Shown here: positions 35,034-35,921 of the stretch, piece by piece | Layout: each line of letters starts with the position of its first letter | How positions within the stretch are numbered: the first letter of the stretch is position 1 | Origin: Macrostomum lignano | Lineage: Eukaryota | NCBI GenBank assembly: GCA_002269645.1 | Contig: NIVC01004104.1 | Coordinates: 1 to 35,921 of the forward strand | DNA: 35,921 nt | Reading direction: 5' to 3' | Translations under genes and position numbers: made by a program | Notes under the pieces: generated by a model | Seen by the model: the letters and a program-made list of their open reading frames with translations, nothing else | Database searches by the model: none | What the model was told of the DNA's origin: nothing

Positions 35034-35915
35034 GCTGAGTGCTGAGTCACTGTATCAAGTGCAGAGTGACTGTATCGAGTGCTGAGTGACTGTATCAAGT
35101 GCTGAGTGGCTGTATCAAGTGCTGAGTGACTGTATCGAGTGCTGAGTGACTGTATCAAGTGCAGAGTGACTGTATCAAGTGCAGAGTGACTGTATCAAAT
35201 GCAGAGTGACTGGATCAAGTGCTGAGTGACTGTATCAAATGCAGAGTGACTGGATCAAGTGCAGAGTGACTGTATCAAATGCAGAGTGACTGGATCAAGT
35301 GCAGAGTGACTGTATCAAGTGCAGAGTGACTGTATCAAGTGCAGAGTGACTGGATCAAGTGCAGAGTGACTGTATCAAATGCAGAGTGACTGGATCAAGT
35401 GCAGAGTGACTGTATCAAGTGCAGAGTGACTGTATCAAGTGCTGAGTGACTGTATCAAGTGCAGCGTGACTGTATCAAGTGTAGAGTGACTGTATCAAGT
35501 GCTGAGTGACTGTATCAAGTGCTGAGTGACTGTATCAAGTGCAGCGTGACTGTATCAAGTGTAGAGTGACTGTATCAAGTGCAGAGTGACTGTATCAAGT
35601 GCAGCGTGACTGTATCAAGTGTAGAGTGACTGTATCAAGTGCTGAGTGACTGTATCAAGTGCAGCGTGACTGTATCAAGTGTAGAGTGACTGTATCAAGT
35701 GCAGCGTGACTGTATCAAGTGTAGAGTGACTGTATCAAGTGCTGAGTGACTGTATCAAGTGCAGAGTGACTGTATCAAGTGCTGAGTGACTGTATCAAGT
35801 GCTGAGTGACTGTTCAAGTGCTGAGTGACTGTATCAAGTGCAGAGTGACTGTATCAAGTGCTGAGTGACTGTATCAAGTGCTGAGCGACTGTATCAAGTG
35901 TAGAGTGACTGTATG
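35034..35915. repeat. 20-bp minisatellite, right block (same unit and orientation as 30548-31703)
   Basis: gtgactgtatcaagtgc(t/a)ga repeats run to the window end. Confidence 0.97.
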
Positions 35916-35921
35916 AGATCA

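Overview
Animal genomic DNA. The GC-rich exons and minisatellite-filled introns resemble the flatworm Macrostomum, but the organism is an inference. Five host genes are present: a Methuselah/adhesion-type GPCR (-, runs off the left edge), EFCAB12 (+), the 3' half of an SLC4 bicarbonate transporter (+), an intronless Q-rich orphan ORF (+) and a secreted C-type lectin (-). Nearly every intron holds its own tandem repeat. Between about 14 and 26.3 kb is a dense transposon nest. A long-TIR IS630-Tc1 element (16645-23743) has its left TIR split by a 5'-truncated Penelope element carrying a minimal hammerhead ribozyme. That Penelope's 3' UTR is in turn split by an apparently intact Ngaro tyrosine-recombinase retrotransposon (16941-21554). 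Harbinger, Crypton, MITE and deleted Tc1 remnants flank the nest, another Tc1 lies at 8.4-10 kb, and a decayed BEL/Pao fragment sits inside a 20-bp minisatellite at the right end. The most interesting signals are a textbook -1 frameshift cassette at the Ngaro gag stop, a long hairpin formed only at the Ngaro B-A junction, and an 8-mer (CCATAGAC) shared by unrelated transposon ends.
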